Source: Chrysomallon squamiferum (Eukaryota > Animalia > Mollusca). Taken from it: a stretch of DNA of 64,000 nucleotides. The notes under the pieces are model-generated. The model ran no database searches. It had not been told where the DNA came from and saw only the letters and a program-made list of their open reading frames with translations. Shown piece after piece: positions 13,581 to 30,623 of this stretch. Position numbers and translations under genes: made by a program. How positions within the stretch are numbered: position 1 is the first letter of the stretch; each line of letters starts with the position of its first letter. The stretch is taken from the NCBI GenBank assembly GCA_012295275.1, contig CM022669.1, positions 558,001 through 622,000 on the forward strand, given 5' to 3'.

Positions 13581-16116
13581 GCTATTACTGGTATTATTAT
13601 TGTTGTTGTTGTTCTATAATAATAATAATAAAAATAATTAATATTATTATTATTATTATTATCATTATTTATTTATTTATTTATTTATTAATTTATTAAC
13701 ACACTAAATTTAATCATCAAAGATCTGACAAATATCAAACATCTAATCAAATTTTATAATTAAATTCATAATTAATGAAGACCAGGATCTTTTGTGAGGA
13801 GACACGTTCAGTTTAGTTCGTGTAAATGTGTCAGTGAACTGTTATGTAACATATTAATAAATATTCTACAGAGATGATGAAAAGAGCTGGTGGCTGCCGT
13901 TGATGAAATTTCCCTGCTAAAATTGTTTCAGCTATTACATTATCTGACACCAGGTCAGTTAGTACGCTTCTGCTTTTAATTAACGGGTACGTTCCAATAA
14001 CTCATCTGGTAAATAAGCTGAGATTTTTTTATCTCAGTAATGAGGTGTCTTAAAGATAGTCTTCGTTTTAAAATACACTTTGTTTGTTTATTTGATTCAT
14101 TGTTTGTTTGTTTGTTTGTTTTTATTCTTAATTATATTTCTTAATTTCTCAATTAATTATTTTATTTATTTCAATTAATTAATTTATTTGTTTGTTTGAT
14201 TATTATTAAAATTATTCAGATATATCATGTCTAGTGTAATAAAACTGTTTAAAAGTATATGTAATTTGTAACGTTTGTTAAGTGAATTATAGAATTATTA
14301 CTCGAATACAGTTTCAAAAATAAATAAATAAAATGATACTGACGATGATGATGATGATAATAATTTTACATTAATCTGTCCAGCAACTATTTCATTTACA
14401 CAAACTGTTTATCATCAGTTATCTGACAAGGAACATTCGTTTGTATAAAACTAAATAATATGAGTTATTGTCATTATTACTTTTACTATTTCTGTTACCA
14501 TCTTTTATTTTTGTGGTTACAACCATATTGTTGTTTTTGTAAACATTTTCATTTTATTGTGTTATAGTTGTTTGTTTCTTTTTATTTTATTATTCTATGT
14601 TATTTTAGATTATCTTGAGAATGTTGTTAAGTAAACTGTGTATAATAACAAGTTAATAAACGTTTTCATCAGTCTGTCACTGCCACAAAACAGAATCTGC
14701 AACGTTAATCCAATAATTACAAGTTAACATTAATTAGACAAGTCTATTTCTGTAAGACCATTAACATCCTTACTTCCAGCTAAATATGGCCAAGTTGAAC
14801 GGGAAATGAGACAGTGAGTTTATTTCAGACTATTTCTTCAACATATATACGACATCTGTGGTTCACAGCACACTACAAGTTTCTGCTGACGTCACTCGGT
14901 GACGCTGGGTCTTTCTAGTCACATCAAAGTGACGAAAATAACCGCTATAAAGACAATAGCTTTGATTTACTTTTAAGTGGAAGGTCGGGAAACTTACTGG
15001 AGATGACAAACTAATTTTCCCTGCAAGAAATTACTTCTCTCAGAGTACGTTAGAGAATACGTGACTTTCTGTTTATTTGTATTGTATGTAGCTGTATTTA
15101 CGTATTTGCATTTTTCGTATTTGTAATGTACGTATTTCACTGTGCATATTTTTACTGTACGTATTTCTGTTAAACGTATTTGAATTACTTGCATTGTAAG
15201 TATTACGATATTTGTACTCTACGTATTTCTACTATACTCATATTTATTATACTATACATAGTGGTGTAGTACATAATTATTTTTTCTGTACGTACTTTAT
15301 TTTAAGTATTTATATTGTATGTATTTGCATTTTACATATTTATATTTGTATATTACTTATTTGTATTGTATGCATTTGTATTGTACATATTTGTATTTAA
15401 CGTATTTGAAATGTACGCATATGTATTATACTTCGCGGGCTTGTACAGTTTATATTTGTAATGTACTTATTTGTTTTGTATATATTTACATTCTCTATGT
15501 TGTATTGTACATATTTATTTTATTTTTTTATTTATATTGTACTTATTTGTATTGTAGCTATATTTGTATTGGACGTATTTGTATGTAGATCAGGTTATGT
15601 GTTTGAATTAACTCTGCAAATGACACAAACTAATAATGGTGACAGCACGTTTCTGACAAATCGTTTTACTATCATTTAAATGACATTAAAAATAAATAAA
15701 ATACAATAATTACTGTTAATAATAATAACAACAACAACAATAATAATAATAATAATAATAATAGTAATAATAAATATAATAATAATATAAATAATAATCA
15801 TAATAATAATAATAGTTGTTGTTGTTGTTATTGTGTTAAGGCTGAAACATCTCTGAGTACTGTTTGAAGTAAAAAGTATTGAGATCGGTGGTGTGAGTTG
15901 GAGCTGACGTGTGACTGACAATGACTCCCACGTGACAAGGACAAGCAGACGTTACAAAGAAAAGACATTTTACGCCAGGGACATCTAAACGTTTTCAAGT
16001 GTTTGTAACGTGTCCGTTCTATCGATCTCAGATATGATGACCGTCAAATTACTCCAACCTTCCACTTAATGTGTCCCAAGATTCAAATTATGTCTGTGTA
16101 CAAGTAAGTACACTGA

Positions 16117-16470
<354 letters not shown>

Positions 16471-17057
16471 CACGCATTCAACACACAAACACTCACAATG
16501 AAAAACTATCATTATCATCCACATTAATGAAATCAAAACCAAAAAAATTGGGAGAAAAACTAAGAAAACCAAGAAAGAAATGATGAATAAGATATAAACT
16601 GTAAATCAATACTAGTAATGTTATTTCAAACAAAGTAATTTCTTTGTTCTGGGTGTAGAAAAAAAATTCCGTGACATTTAGTGAAAGAGAAATCTTTAAA
16701 TCAGTTTTATCTTACACGTGAAATTTTCATTATCAAAACGAAATGTCACATCCGTCGTAATGGTAGTGAGATAGCTCTATCTGTGTACGTACGTATGTGT
16801 CTCTGTATTTGTGTGCGTGTGTCTTAGTGTGTGTGTGCGGGTGTCTGTGCGTGTGTCTGTGCGTGTGTGTTTGCGTGTCTATGTGTGTGCGTGCGTGTGT
16901 CTGTGCGTGTGTGTAGGCATGTGGTGATTTGAAATAGCAGCGTGTTAAATCATGCAAAGCTTTGTAATTTGTGACTAGGTGTTTAGGTGTCTAAGCAACA
17001 CAATAAAAAATATAAACGTGGGTGTGTGTGTTATATCTTTGCTAACTTCTTCTTTTA

Positions 17058-17154
<97 letters not shown>

Positions 17155-17655
17155 ACAGTACATAGATAGCTATATCTAATTCTCTTCTCCACATTCTGCT
17201 GCGTTTGTTATTCGCTATTTTACTTGCTAATTAAAATCCTATCTCTAAAGACCAACTACAACACTTTAGAACTTTCTGACTATGCCCAGAAGCGACGTAA
17301 GTGTCTCTACTTGTGAAAACTCTAACAAACTCGCTTTAACAGAGAAATCACTCGACCTCTTCACAGTTTGTCGTCTCTTTCCGTCAAAGAGGGGAAAGGG
17401 GAATGAATAAGGAGAACTTAAAGAAAAACACTGAGAGAAGTGCAGAACGTTCAGATGCAGACATCTGCAGTTGGAAAGGTCGTTGATTTGTTAAGAGGAA
17501 TTAGAAGGAGGTGAAAAACATGGACTTGAAAAGTAAAAGATACTGAAGATGTTAATCAGAAAATACAAGGAGAAAATAAAAACTGAAATCATTAAAATAA
17601 AATTATAATTAAAATATAATAATTCCAGTCATATAATTTATTTTTGAGGGTTTGG

Positions 17656-17712
<57 letters not shown>

Positions 17713-19217
17713 TTTCCCGGTTATCCAAAGGAAGAAACTGGCAGCTGGTTTTGCATGTACTGTTTTATTAGCATCCGCCCATCTACGCTGCTCAGAGGAA
17801 TTATTAACTCCCAGACGTATTGTAAATAATTGCTTATTGCCTGTTAGCTCAACTCATTATGCTAAAATGTTTTTGTTGTCACGGCAGTGGAGTCCAGGCT
17901 AAGCACTACTTGAATTAATTCTCCAAACCTTTCTAGTCGCTTCTGTGTCACGACTCGTCGACCTAGAGAGCAGGGTCAAGGTCAAACTCACTCTTGGCGT
18001 TGAGGGCGTTCTAGTGATGTTCCAGATCTAAATTAATAAAACTTATTCGGTCGAGTGGGATCATAATAACTTAGAGTTACCTGACTTGTGAGCAACTGAA
18101 AGCGTGTGTGTTTAGTGTCAGTATTTGAATATAATACAAATTCGGCGATGGTTAAAACTGATGATTAGTAACGACAACAATGGTATATGCTGTTACATCT
18201 TATGGTTACATTTCAGTTTACAGAGCTTCTAGAAGTTTCATTTCTGTACCACTGTTATTAACCAGAATAAATAAATAAATAAATAAATAAATACTAAAAA
18301 TAAAAAGTGAAAATAAAAATAAAAAAAGGTAACTATATAAATAATTAATTGTTTAAAAATTAAATCTGCAAATTAATTATATATATTAAATGAATAAAAT
18401 TAAACATATATTGTTAATTTGTTTTAGTACTTCTTATTTTTCAGTATGTTTGCTTACAACGATTTAAAGTGTTCTAGCAATTATATTTCCAATTCTCTAG
18501 ATATTTCGTTATCTAACATAAAACAACTAACCAATATAATGTGATTAATTACACCATCCATTAACAAATTCCCATTTTTGTTTACAAGAAGTAAAATGTA
18601 AAAATTGATTCTACGAAAATATATTCATAATAAGAATTCCTCTGATATTTTAATCCTTACTTCATGAAAAAAAATCATTTCAACAAGGGACACTAATGAC
18701 GAACGTTTTTTTTTTTTTTTGTGGTTTTTTTTGTACTAAATCATTCACAAAATGACATATGAAAACAAAACAATTTACACAAAAATCGATGACATGAATT
18801 CCAAAAATAAACTGAAATAAAAATAATATAAAAATATATTTTTTTAATAAGATAATAGAATCAAAGAAAATAGCATTAAAAAATTAAAATCTCTTGAACT
18901 ATGAAGAGATACGCTGAAACTAATTTTTATTTGACATTAATAAAATAATTACTTATATTCTTATACAGTACGAGTGTGTGTATGAATGTATGTATGTATG
19001 TATGTATGTATGTATGTATGTATGTATGTATGTGTATGTATGTATGTATGTATATATGTATATGTGTGTGTGAATGCATGTGTGTTTGTATGTGAAATTT
19101 ATATTCGATTAATAAAATAGTAAAGTAAGTAAAAACAAAGATCTCTATATATATGTGTATGTGGCTGTATGTGTGCGTTTATGTGTTTATTTTGTATGAA
19201 TTTTGTATGTGTGTATG

Positions 19218-19249
<32 letters not shown>

Positions 19250-21101
19250 TGTGTGTGTGTTTGTGTGTGTTATATGGTGTATGTATCAATCAACAAAAAG
19301 TTAACAACCAGTAATAAGAGGAACACAAAGACTGAGAAGCTGAGAAGACGCTGAAAATTAATTACAAGTGACACAGTACAGACAGACAGACAACAGCCGA
19401 AGGTTTCAGATTTGCATACGTCATCAGTTACAGTCTTTGTTGCTTAATTTCATTAAAAAAATGTTTAGAGTGTCCCGTTTCCTGTAATTAGCGAGTTTGT
19501 TGGTCGAAATCTACGTCACACGCGGGTTCCCGCCTCCTTGACGAAAGTTCTAAGATGTCAGAGTTCTAAGATGTCACTGAGAAAATACCTCAGACGAGTC
19601 GCTGCTAACAATGTAAACGATTCGATCGTAGTAATGAACTTTATCACAAACCTCAGTAAAGTGATCTTCACTGGTACACCATTAACAACAACAATAACGT
19701 TGGCGATAATGACGACAACGACCATGCTAATGATGATAGTGATGATTTTGACGAGGTCGACGACGATTATGCTGCTGCTGATGATGATGATAATTATAAT
19801 AATAATAATAATCTTGTATTATTATTATTATTATTATTATTGTTGTTGTTGTTGTTGTTGTTGTTGCTGCTGTTGTTGTTGTTCGTATTATAATTATGAA
19901 AATGATGATGACGATGGTAGTCAATCAAGTGAAATGTAGCACAATACACACGAGTAAATACTCAGATTAACAGATGGTTTGTAACGTTTCACCGATGAAC
20001 TAATTTGTTCCCAGGACATCCGTGCGTGAACCCTGGGGATGCAATCAAGTTGATGTAGTAGTTAATTAGAGTTGTCTACTAGTTCATTCGTGTTGTTGTC
20101 ACATCACAGGTCAAGGTTGTTTATCAATTGACGAGATAGAAACGGAAAAAACGTTTTCAGTTGTTTTTGATAGCGCCCTTTTTCAAATAACATTTTTGAG
20201 GGCTGGCATCCATAGGCTGAGTTTTATACTGGTTATACAAGTAGACTGAATTATGTAGTGTAACTATCAATATTAATAAAATTTTAATATTTTGTTACTT
20301 CTCCTGTTTCTTTTTCCATAACCGAGTTCGAGAAACAGAGGCTCAAACACACTAACTTGTATGAGAATTGTAAATTTTATTAGTGTATTATTATTTTATA
20401 AAGATACAGACACATACACACACACACACAAACATACACACACAGACACACACACAGAGACACACATACAAACACACACACACACACAAAGATACACATT
20501 TTTTATTTCAAATAATTTGAGAAACGAAAAAATTTGTTTCTTACCGCGAAAATGAAAAACAAGAAACACATTCACAGCAAGATTTGAAGTTGAAGAACAT
20601 TACTAAGTAACAGTGACGTAAGACTATTCATGACGTATGAACAATAATTTAATCTTAGTTAACAAATGTTTGTTAACCCTGGACAATTTTAAACTGAAGA
20701 AGGAGATGAAAAAGTAGAACACGATAATGATGAAAAATGTTGTTAAATGTAAGTCAAACTGTATTTAGAATGAAAATCTAGTTCGCTCTGTATTAGTATC
20801 CGTTAGAACATTTTTGACAGAACTACATACTCACTGACATTTCAGAGATATTAATATGCCAGTTTCTTGTCAGCCAATAATACAATAATGTCTAGGTCAG
20901 AAACACCTGCTGGATTTAATCTGCACTTTCAGCAATAGACGTAACATGATACCACTTTCCTTCATTCTTCAAATACTGTTAACGACATTCGTGTTGAAGT
21001 GAAATATATGAATTCTTGTAATCTGTGAAATATTTCATTTCTTCATCATATATCTGTGTGTTGATATGATAAATAATCTAAATTCATATTTCCTCAAATT
21101 A

Positions 21102-21134
<33 letters not shown>

Positions 21135-21474
21135 GTTGTTGTTGTTATATTTTTAACTATTATTTTATATTTCGTTAAGTTGTATTAGTTTGTTGATAAT
21201 TTGTTTCTTGTTACAAAGTACCATTTTCATTGATATCAAATGAACTAAATAATTTTCAGTACTCGAATGTTTTCTTCGTTTTACTCAATCTTTGTTAATA
21301 ATTAAATATGAAAATACAACAAGAAGACAGATTTTTTTTTTTTTTTTTTTGATCCTATATTATATATTCATTCTGTTGAAACTGATATTTACATTTGGTT
21401 GATATTAATTAATTTATTTTATTGTACTTTGATAACGTTTATTTGATTTGTCATAATCACCAATTTAAAACCTA

Positions 21475-21508
<34 letters not shown>

Positions 21509-22220
21509 TTAAAAATTGATATGTAAAGATTAAGTAGACGTTTTTACATAGGTCACAATCTAACACATCACTGTAAACTACAGACCAGCTATGGACAACA
21601 AAACACATTTTCTAGTTTCACGTCAACCTTGATAACAGATAGGTAAGACGTATTTCAGGTTACGTCATCATCTCCTAGGTTACCAGTAGATATTTACTTA
21701 ACAAGTCTACACTGACACATCTCTATTTGATTAATACAACACGTTTATATTTAATTTACTTGCTGTCTTCATTTAGCAGTGGAAAATACTGAGATAGTGA
21801 GTAGGACTGAAATCAAAGCAGAGTTAAAAACTGTTTTGTCTTAACACACTAACATATACTGTTTTCAGCCAATTTTTGTACTTATATACTAGCACACTTT
21901 TTCAATTAATAACTTTTTCTGATCCACGTCATTTTGTTTTATTAACTGTTCTAAAATACAAATAATTGCAGACGGCATTAAATTTAAAAAAGCTTTCCTG
22001 TCACAACAAAACCGATATGTTTTGTTTTTCAACTGAGCCACCATTCCGTACACCAGCACGTTATTTCTGAGCTGAAAATCAAATTTTGTAGTCTCAGAAG
22101 ACAGTGTAATTTTAGATAATTTATTTATTATTGACCGGTGTATTCTTTGAATTTTTTTTTTTTTTTTTTTTTTCACAACAACAGTCCTTCTCGGTTTCCA
22201 CAGTGTGCATTCCACAAGGC

Positions 22221-22275
<55 letters not shown>

Positions 22276-22593
22276 TAATAATAATAATTAATTAATAAAC
22301 AACAACATCAACGACAGCAACAATAATAAAAACAATAATAATAAATGAGGATGATGAAAATAATAATCATAATAATTACAGTAATATTCATAAAACACTT
22401 CATGTTCTTCTGTTTGTGGTCAGGTATGTATAAAATAACCTTTACTGCTAATGTGAATTAAAATATAGCAGACATTATTTGATGATGTCAGTGATAAGAA
22501 GATAGAAGATTAATAAATTTAATCAACAGGATTAGGTAAACAAATTCATGATAGCAAACAGCCAAAATCTGAATCAATGCAATCTAACTAAAT

Positions 22594-22657
<64 letters not shown>

Positions 22658-22689
22658 AACAATAACAATACAAAGATAGAATAAAACAG

Positions 22690-23702
22690 TGAAGAATGAG
22701 AGAACTAGATAAATGAAGAAAGCGAGAACTAGACAAATAATGAGTAAAGATAGAATTAGACAAATACTGAAGAAAGATAAAACTAGACAAATAGTGAACA
22801 AAGAGACAACTAGATAAATATTTAAGAAATAGAGAACAAGACAAATAATGAAGAAATATAGAACTAGACAAACTGTGAACAAATGAAACAGACAAATAGT
22901 GAATAAATAGAGAACTGGACTAATAATGCAGATATAGAGAATTAGACTGATAGTGAAGAAATAGAGAACTAGACAAATAGTGAACAAATAGAGAACTGGA
23001 CTAATAATGAAGAAATAGAGAATTAGACTAATAGTGAATGATCAGAAAACTAGACAACTAGACAAATAGTGAAGAGACTGAACTAGACAAATAGTAAAGA
23101 AAGAGAGAACTAGAAAATAGGGAAGGATCAGAGAACTAGACAAATAGTGAAGAAAGAGAAGTAGACAAATAGTAAAGAAAGAGAGAGAAGTAGACAAATA
23201 GTAAAGAAAAAGAGAAGCACACAAATAGTAAAGAAAGAGAGAAGCTAAATAGTAAAAAAAGAGAAGAATGAATAGAGAACTAGACAACTAGACAAATAGT
23301 AAAAAGAAAGAGAGAACTAGAAAAAGAAAGAAAGGAACAAATAGTAAAAGAAAGAACTAGACAAATAGTAAAGAAAGAGAAGTAGACAAATAGTAAAGAA
23401 AGAGAAGAAGACAGAAAAAGAGAAGAAAAAATAGTAAAAAAGAAAGAGAGAAGTGGACAAATAGTAAAAGAAAGAGAGAAGTAGACAAATAGTAAAGAAA
23501 GAGAGAAGTAGACAAATAGTAAAGAAAGAGAGAAGTAGACAAATAGTAAAGAAAGAGAGAAGTAGACAAATAGTAAAGAAAGAGAGAAGTAGACAAATAG
23601 TAAAGAAAGAGAGAAGTAGACAAATAGTAAAGAAAGAGAAGTAGACAAATAGTAAAGAAAGAGAAGTAGACAAATAGTGAAGAAAGAGAGAAGTAGACAA
23701 AC
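22690..23702. repeat. Purine-rich minisatellite, about 27 bp unit GTAGACAAATAGTAAAGAAAGAGAGAA; degenerate on the left and homogeneous on the right
   Basis: Near-perfect 27-bp periodicity at about 23470-23700; diverged ACTAGACAAATAGTGAA copies upstream. Confidence 0.9.
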
Positions 23703-23807
23703 AGTGAAGGATCAGAGAACAAAGACAGGAATATCGATGTTATTTTCAGTGTCAGGTGTGAGCGTGGAAGGTACGAGTCGTGCGACAGTTTGCTTGATGA
23801 TTTGTTT

Positions 23808-24354
23808 TCACGATACTCACCACTCTCACGATACTCACCACTCTCACGATACTCACTATTCTCACTACTCTCACGATACTCACTACACTCACGATACTCA
23901 CCACTCTCACGATACTCACTACTCTCATGATACTCACTACTCTCACGATACTCACTACTCTCATGATACTCACTACTCTCACACGATACTCACCACTCTC
24001 ATGATACTCACCACTCTCATGATACTCACTACTCTCACGATACTCACCACTCTCATGATACTCACCACTCTCATGATACTCACCACTCTCACGATACTCA
24101 CTACTCTCACGATACTCACCACTCTTACGATACTCACCACTCTCATGATACTCACTACTCTCATGATACTCACCACTCTCACGATACTCACTACTCTCAT
24201 GATACTCACTACTCTCACAATACTCACTACTCTTACGATACTCACCACTCTCATGATACTAACTACTCTCACGATACTCACTACTCTCACGATACTCACC
24301 ACTCTCACGATACTCACTGCTCTTACGATACTCACTGTTCTCACGATACTCACT
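23808..24354. repeat. 18-bp minisatellite TCA(C/T)GATACTCAC(C/T)ACTC, about 30 copies
   Basis: Direct periodicity; the ORF track shows the 6-aa repeats TILTTL and HDTHHS. Confidence 0.95.
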
Positions 24355-24731
24355 AATCTGTGTGCAGCTGATCAATTAAACACTTTTCTCTACATTTTTT
24401 CCTTCAGATCTAAACTGATACACTTTGCTGCACATGTCTGAATAAACAATATATGAATAGACACACGCACATGCACGCACACACACACAAATACATACAT
24501 ATATTTGTTTTCTTTATGTATATTTTTTATTCAAACGCATGTATACACACACACGCACACACGCACACACATTTCAGAAATGAAAGTGTATCGACTTTTC
24601 TTTATACATTTTACTAAACAAAATCCTTAATCTTTTCTAGGTACATTAAATATATATTCTATTCAGTACACTTTTAATGAAATATATCTATATCTATATG
24701 TATATCTATTTATGTATCTATCGTTTATCGA

Positions 24732-24784
<53 letters not shown>

Positions 24785-24871
24785 GTATATATACATGTAT
24801 ATATGTGTATATGTGTGTGTGTGTATACACACACACACACACACACACACATACATACATACATACATACA

Positions 24872-24903
<32 letters not shown>

Positions 24904-24969
24904 GATACATACATACATACACAGACATATATACTTATGTGTAATGTTGGAGAAAACAAAATTACTTAC

Positions 24970-25330
24970 ACGAAGCTTTTCTTCGTCCATGCAGTTTACC
25001 TCACACTCTCTCACTGACAACTAAATCCACTGTAAGTTTTGTTTTTGCGAAACTTCGCAGATTAAAACACAGAGCACAGACGAAACATCGTCCAGAGGAC
25101 TGAGTTAATCCGGTCGAATGCGGCGTCTTTCTGCTACATCGAGACTGGACGTGTGTGTGGAGCCGGCAGCCGGAAATATAGCTTCATTCGCTGATCTGTG
25201 CGCGCATCTGGCGTATGTGTAGAATAACATATCATCGACGCGTTCGTGCTATCGACTCACTGCGCTTATCACTCGATGTGACGTTGTGCCAGTCATCACT
25301 AACGTGCACACTGGCAAGGCGGGCTTAAAA
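24970..25330 (-). promoter_or_regulatory. Candidate promoter and 5' non-coding first exon of the C2CD4-like gene
   Basis: CpG-rich, GC-elevated island ending on the minus strand in a consensus donor CGT|gtaagt (24970/24969) and flanked upstream by long (GA)n tracts. The large coding exon begins with an acceptor, so an upstream exon is required. Inferred; no transcript data. Confidence 0.45.
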
Positions 25331-25434
25331 CTTGATTTCTTGTACAACCAGTTGATGTGATCGTCAACGGTGTTTGTTAATATTGAGGAACGCACACACT
25401 CACACATACACATACATACATACACATTTACACC

Positions 25435-25911
<477 letters not shown>

Positions 25912-26152
25912 AAGAAATATCGGTTTTACATAAACTAGTGAGGCTCAGTCTACATGTAATTAGTTTACGCTGAAATCACTTTTAACCGACCTCCGCTTGA
26001 TGGCAGCAGTGAAAACAAAAATCGGTTTCATTGAAACTGACAGCCGCGGTCTCCGGGCGCGGGTAAAGTGGAAGGTAACTTAATGTTCATAATTTTATGA
26101 AAACAGAGCCTCTTACAACTCTCCCCTCAATAACACGTTTATGTATCCGTTA

Positions 26153-26862
26153 TGTGAATTATTAATATTCAGTTTAAATAACATTTAGATATCTGAGAAT
26201 TATTAGAATTCAGTTTAAATAACATTTAGATATCTGTGAATTATTAGAATTCAGTTTAAATAACATTGAGATATCTGTGAATTATTAGAATTCGGTTTAA
26301 ATAACATTTAGATATCTGTGAATTATTAGAATTCAGTTTAAATAACATTTAGATATCTGTGAATTATTAGAATTCAGTTTAAATAACATTTAGATATCTG
26401 TTTAAATATTCAGTTTAAATAACATTTAGATATCTGTGAATTATTAGAATTCAGTTTAAATAACATTTAGATATCTGTGAATTATTAGAATTCAGTTTAA
26501 ATAACATTTAGATATCTGTGAATTATTAGAATTCAGTTTAAATAACATTTAGATATCTGTGAATTATTAGAATTCAGTTTAAATAACATTGAGATATCTG
26601 TGAATTATTAGAATTCGGTTTAAATAACAATTAGATATCTGTGAATTATTAGAATTCAGTTTAAATAACAATTAGATATCTGTGAATTATTAGAATTCAG
26701 TTTAAATAACATTTAGATATCTGTGAATTATTAATATTCAGTTTAAATAACATTTAGATATCTGTGAATTATTAGAATTCAGTTTAAATAACATTTAGAT
26801 ATCTGTGAATTATTAGAATTCAGTTTAAATAACAACTAGATGTCTGTTGTGTGAATTATTAG
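26153..26862. repeat. 41-bp minisatellite GAATTATTAGAATTCAGTTTAAATAACATTTAGATATCTGT, about 17 copies
   Basis: Period of 41 seen directly (e.g. 26197 to 26238). Confidence 0.96.
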
Positions 26863-27326
26863 TATTCAGAATATTCAGTATATGAAAAGTGTGAGTTATT
26901 ATCGTTACTAATAGGCATACAACTAGAACTGCAACAACAACGACAACCACCAGCATCACTATCACCACTACTACTACTACTGGCACTATTACTGCTACCA
27001 CCACTTCTGTTATTGCTATGATTATTATTATCGTAGATGTTTCTGTTGTTGTAATTGTTGCTGCTGCTATTTTTTTTTTTTTTTCTTTCTTTCTTCATTA
27101 TTATTATTTTGTTGTTGTTGTTGTTGTTATTATTATTAGTCGTAGTAGTAGTAGTAATGGTTGTTGCTGTAGTAGTAGATCTGTTCACACTGAATTTCAG
27201 ATTCGAAGAACAAGATGAAAGAAAAAAGAAAATGATAAATAACAAAAGAAATCAGGAGAATTAGTTTTCCTATTGATTCATGTATTTTTCTATCACATTA
27301 CTGATTTTTTTATATTCTGTATTAAT

Positions 27327-27437
27327 GTTTCCATGGCAACAAAGATGGCGCTGCTACGAGGCAACAGAATACAAGCATGTTTTTTGTTTTTTATTCCACT
27401 TACTTTCAGAATCAAGAAATATGTTGCCAATGGCAAC
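27327..27437. promoter_or_regulatory. Pair of RFX X-box palindromes (GTTTCCATGGCAAC 27327-27340; GTTGCCAATGGCAAC 27423-27437) with an adjacent AAGATGGCG (YY1-like) motif
   Basis: Matches the X-box consensus GTTNCC-N(0-3)-RGNAAC; function is inferred. Confidence 0.5.
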
Positions 27438-28793
27438 CTGTTCCATTACACCTTGCAGTGTATTTAATTCGTCCGTACAATTTACGAGCAGAAACAGTAG
27501 CAGACGTGATTTTCATTGTTCGCGAGTTTAATTTATTGTCTTTCGTTTGTGACCCATTCCAACGAAATGTGTGCTAAGTAGCCAATGATTATAGTAGATA
27601 CACGTTGAAGGAAACATCGCCATTTTCTGTGATTATCAGGGGAAAGATACAGTAACTTCAGTTACAACTTCTAAATTACGTAATGTGAATTAAAATAAAA
27701 ATGAATTAGTGAAGCTGAATTAAGAAAAAATAATAACAAAAAAAAAAATCATTTTTAAAAAAAATAATAATAATAATAGAAAGAAGAAGAAGAAGAGGAA
27801 GAAGAAGAAGAAAGACAGAAAGCAAGCAAGCAAGAAAAACAAGACATAACTGTGTGTACTGCATACACTGAAACATTTAACAACACTGAGAGTCAGCTCA
27901 AATAAGTTTTATTCGACATTAGTAGATTTACACAAAGGACATGTTTGTTTTAATCACGTAAATTCAACCCTTTGTGATGACCGTGCACTAATTTGAAAGC
28001 CTTGTCATGAAATATGTATGAATTATATCCATGTTTTTGAGTATATGGCTGAGTTTATTTGTATGTGTACCTGTGTGTGTGTATGTGTAGTGTGTGTGTG
28101 TGTTTAGTGTGCATTCACATATACAACAATTTACATGGGTATATAGGTAGGTAGTCGTAACACTCCTCATGACTAGTATTTTCAGCCTTTGAAACAAGTG
28201 ACGTACTAAAACACTCGGTGTTTATCTCAGCAGTAGAACATGGCGGCGTGTAAAATGTCTCCATCACGGACTTGATACAGCTGTACTAATTACAAACAAT
28301 CGTAAATCTGAATCTCATTAATAGAAATTAAAATATAAATAAATAAATTAAACATCATTGCCTCTCTCACTTTCAAATTAATAAAAATACAAGAAAAAAC
28401 AACCCCATAAAACTAATATTAAACGAATGATTAAGATATAAGAAGATGAAGAAAAAGTATGAGAATATTAATAACTGAAGCGTTTAATAGTTAATCTTGT
28501 GTAAATGTGATGAGTTTTTTGTTTTGTTTTGTACTTTGTTTTTTTTTTAACATTTTAAATTAATTTTACTCGCCTGATACCTTCCGGCTGATATTCGTCG
28601 ACAAAGTGATTTCCACGAGTTTCACTCTCTCGTGGGGTTGTCACGTTATTGATTTTACTCACAAACCGACGACAAGAAATATGATATTTTCACTTTTTGC
28701 TTTATGTTAGATCTGATTGTATAGGCGTGTGTGCGTTTGTCTGTTTATGCGTGAATATATTTGTTTACATGTCAGTATCTATAATATTATGTG

Positions 28794-28794
<1 letters not shown>

Positions 28795-28888
<94 letters not shown>
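28795..28888. repeat. (ATCT)n / GATA-type tetranucleotide microsatellite
   Basis: Directly visible. Confidence 0.95.
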
Positions 28889-29892
28889 ATACTTCTCTAG
28901 CTACCTCTCTATATATATCTGTCTCTCGATCTAAATAACCTACTTATCCTTCTCTCTCACTTTCTATTTACTACCTATCTATATCAGTATATCTAGCTAC
29001 TTATCTATCATTCTATTTACTACCTATCTTCACATCAATATATGTAGCTACCAATCTATATTTCAGTAAATCTATCTATCTGTCTATCTTTCTATGTATC
29101 TACCTTTCTGTGTATAAGTATACATACATCTAGCTGCCTGTTTACCTATATATCAGTCTATCACTATATATTACCTAGGTCTACACACACGCACACACAC
29201 ACACACACGCACATATATATCAATATATCTAGTCACATACCTATTTTGCTGCATCTTTTTCTATGTATTTTTATAATATCTGTTTATTTATGTATCTTTC
29301 AGTCAGACTATCTTTTAACCGTTTTTTCTGTCGTTAGTCTTAAAGTGAGATGTCACGTGACCTGTTTTCTAAGATAAACTTCTAACCAGCTGTTCTTGTA
29401 CTGGATGGATTTAAGTAACTGAAGATTCTGTCAATGAACCAGTGATGATGTAGAAAAATTCGCCAGACTGTGAACAGTTCTTTATACATTTTTGTTTTCT
29501 TTGTAGTACGTTCAACCAAAATAGAAGGCTCTAAATAACTTCAGAACCATAGAATAAAGCAAGTGTTTATCAAAACAACACACACACGCACAAACACACC
29601 CATATACACACTAAAGAAAAAGAAAGAAAGATGTAGAAGAATATACCCCGCATACTTCATGTAGACTATAAATGAGTTCACCCACGTGATCTGAACTATT
29701 TCGTTTGTGGGCAGATATCATTACATCATGTGGGAATTGCTAATATGACTTAGAATATGTCACTAATTGGGAAAGTTCATTTAAATTGGTAGGGGTTGTA
29801 GGAACGACGTATTAGGTTGTGCCTGCTCGTACGTTAGTTATGCAAGTCACATCTATGTGGTTGTCCTTTCCACATTCACCACCTCCCAAGTG

Positions 29893-29934
29893 CACACATA
29901 CACATACACACAAACAAACACACACACAACACTC

Positions 29935-29985
<51 letters not shown>

Positions 29986-30095
29986 ACAAACACACACAAA
30001 CACACACACACACATACATCACACAAACACAAACACAAACACAAACACAAATATACAGACACAAAACACACACACACACAAAAACACACATACAA

Positions 30096-30144
<49 letters not shown>

Positions 30145-30623
30145 AAAACACACACACATACACACACACACACACACACATAAAACACACATACACACAA
30201 AACACACACAAACACAAAACACACAGACAGAAACACAGATACACACATGCACACACACATACACACAAACACACACACAATACACACATACACACACAAA
30301 CACACACACACAGAAACACACACAAACACAAACAAAACACACACAAACACACATACATACACATATATAGACACACAAACACATACAGACAACACACACA
30401 CATACACACACACACACCCAGACACACAAACACACAAACACACACACACACAGAAACACACAAACACACACACACACAAACACAAACACACATACACACA
30501 CACATACACACATAAAGACACACAAACACACACACACACACACAACACACACATACACATACAAACACACACATACATACACACACACAAACACACACAA
30601 CATACACACACACACACATACAA
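29893..30623. repeat. Long imperfect (CA)n-rich compound microsatellite
   Basis: Directly visible; source of the spurious His/Thr and Cys/Val ORFs. Confidence 0.95.

Noticed and set aside
23677-24441. 254-aa His/Thr-rich ORF
   Set aside because: It is a translation of the 18-bp minisatellite with no coding features.
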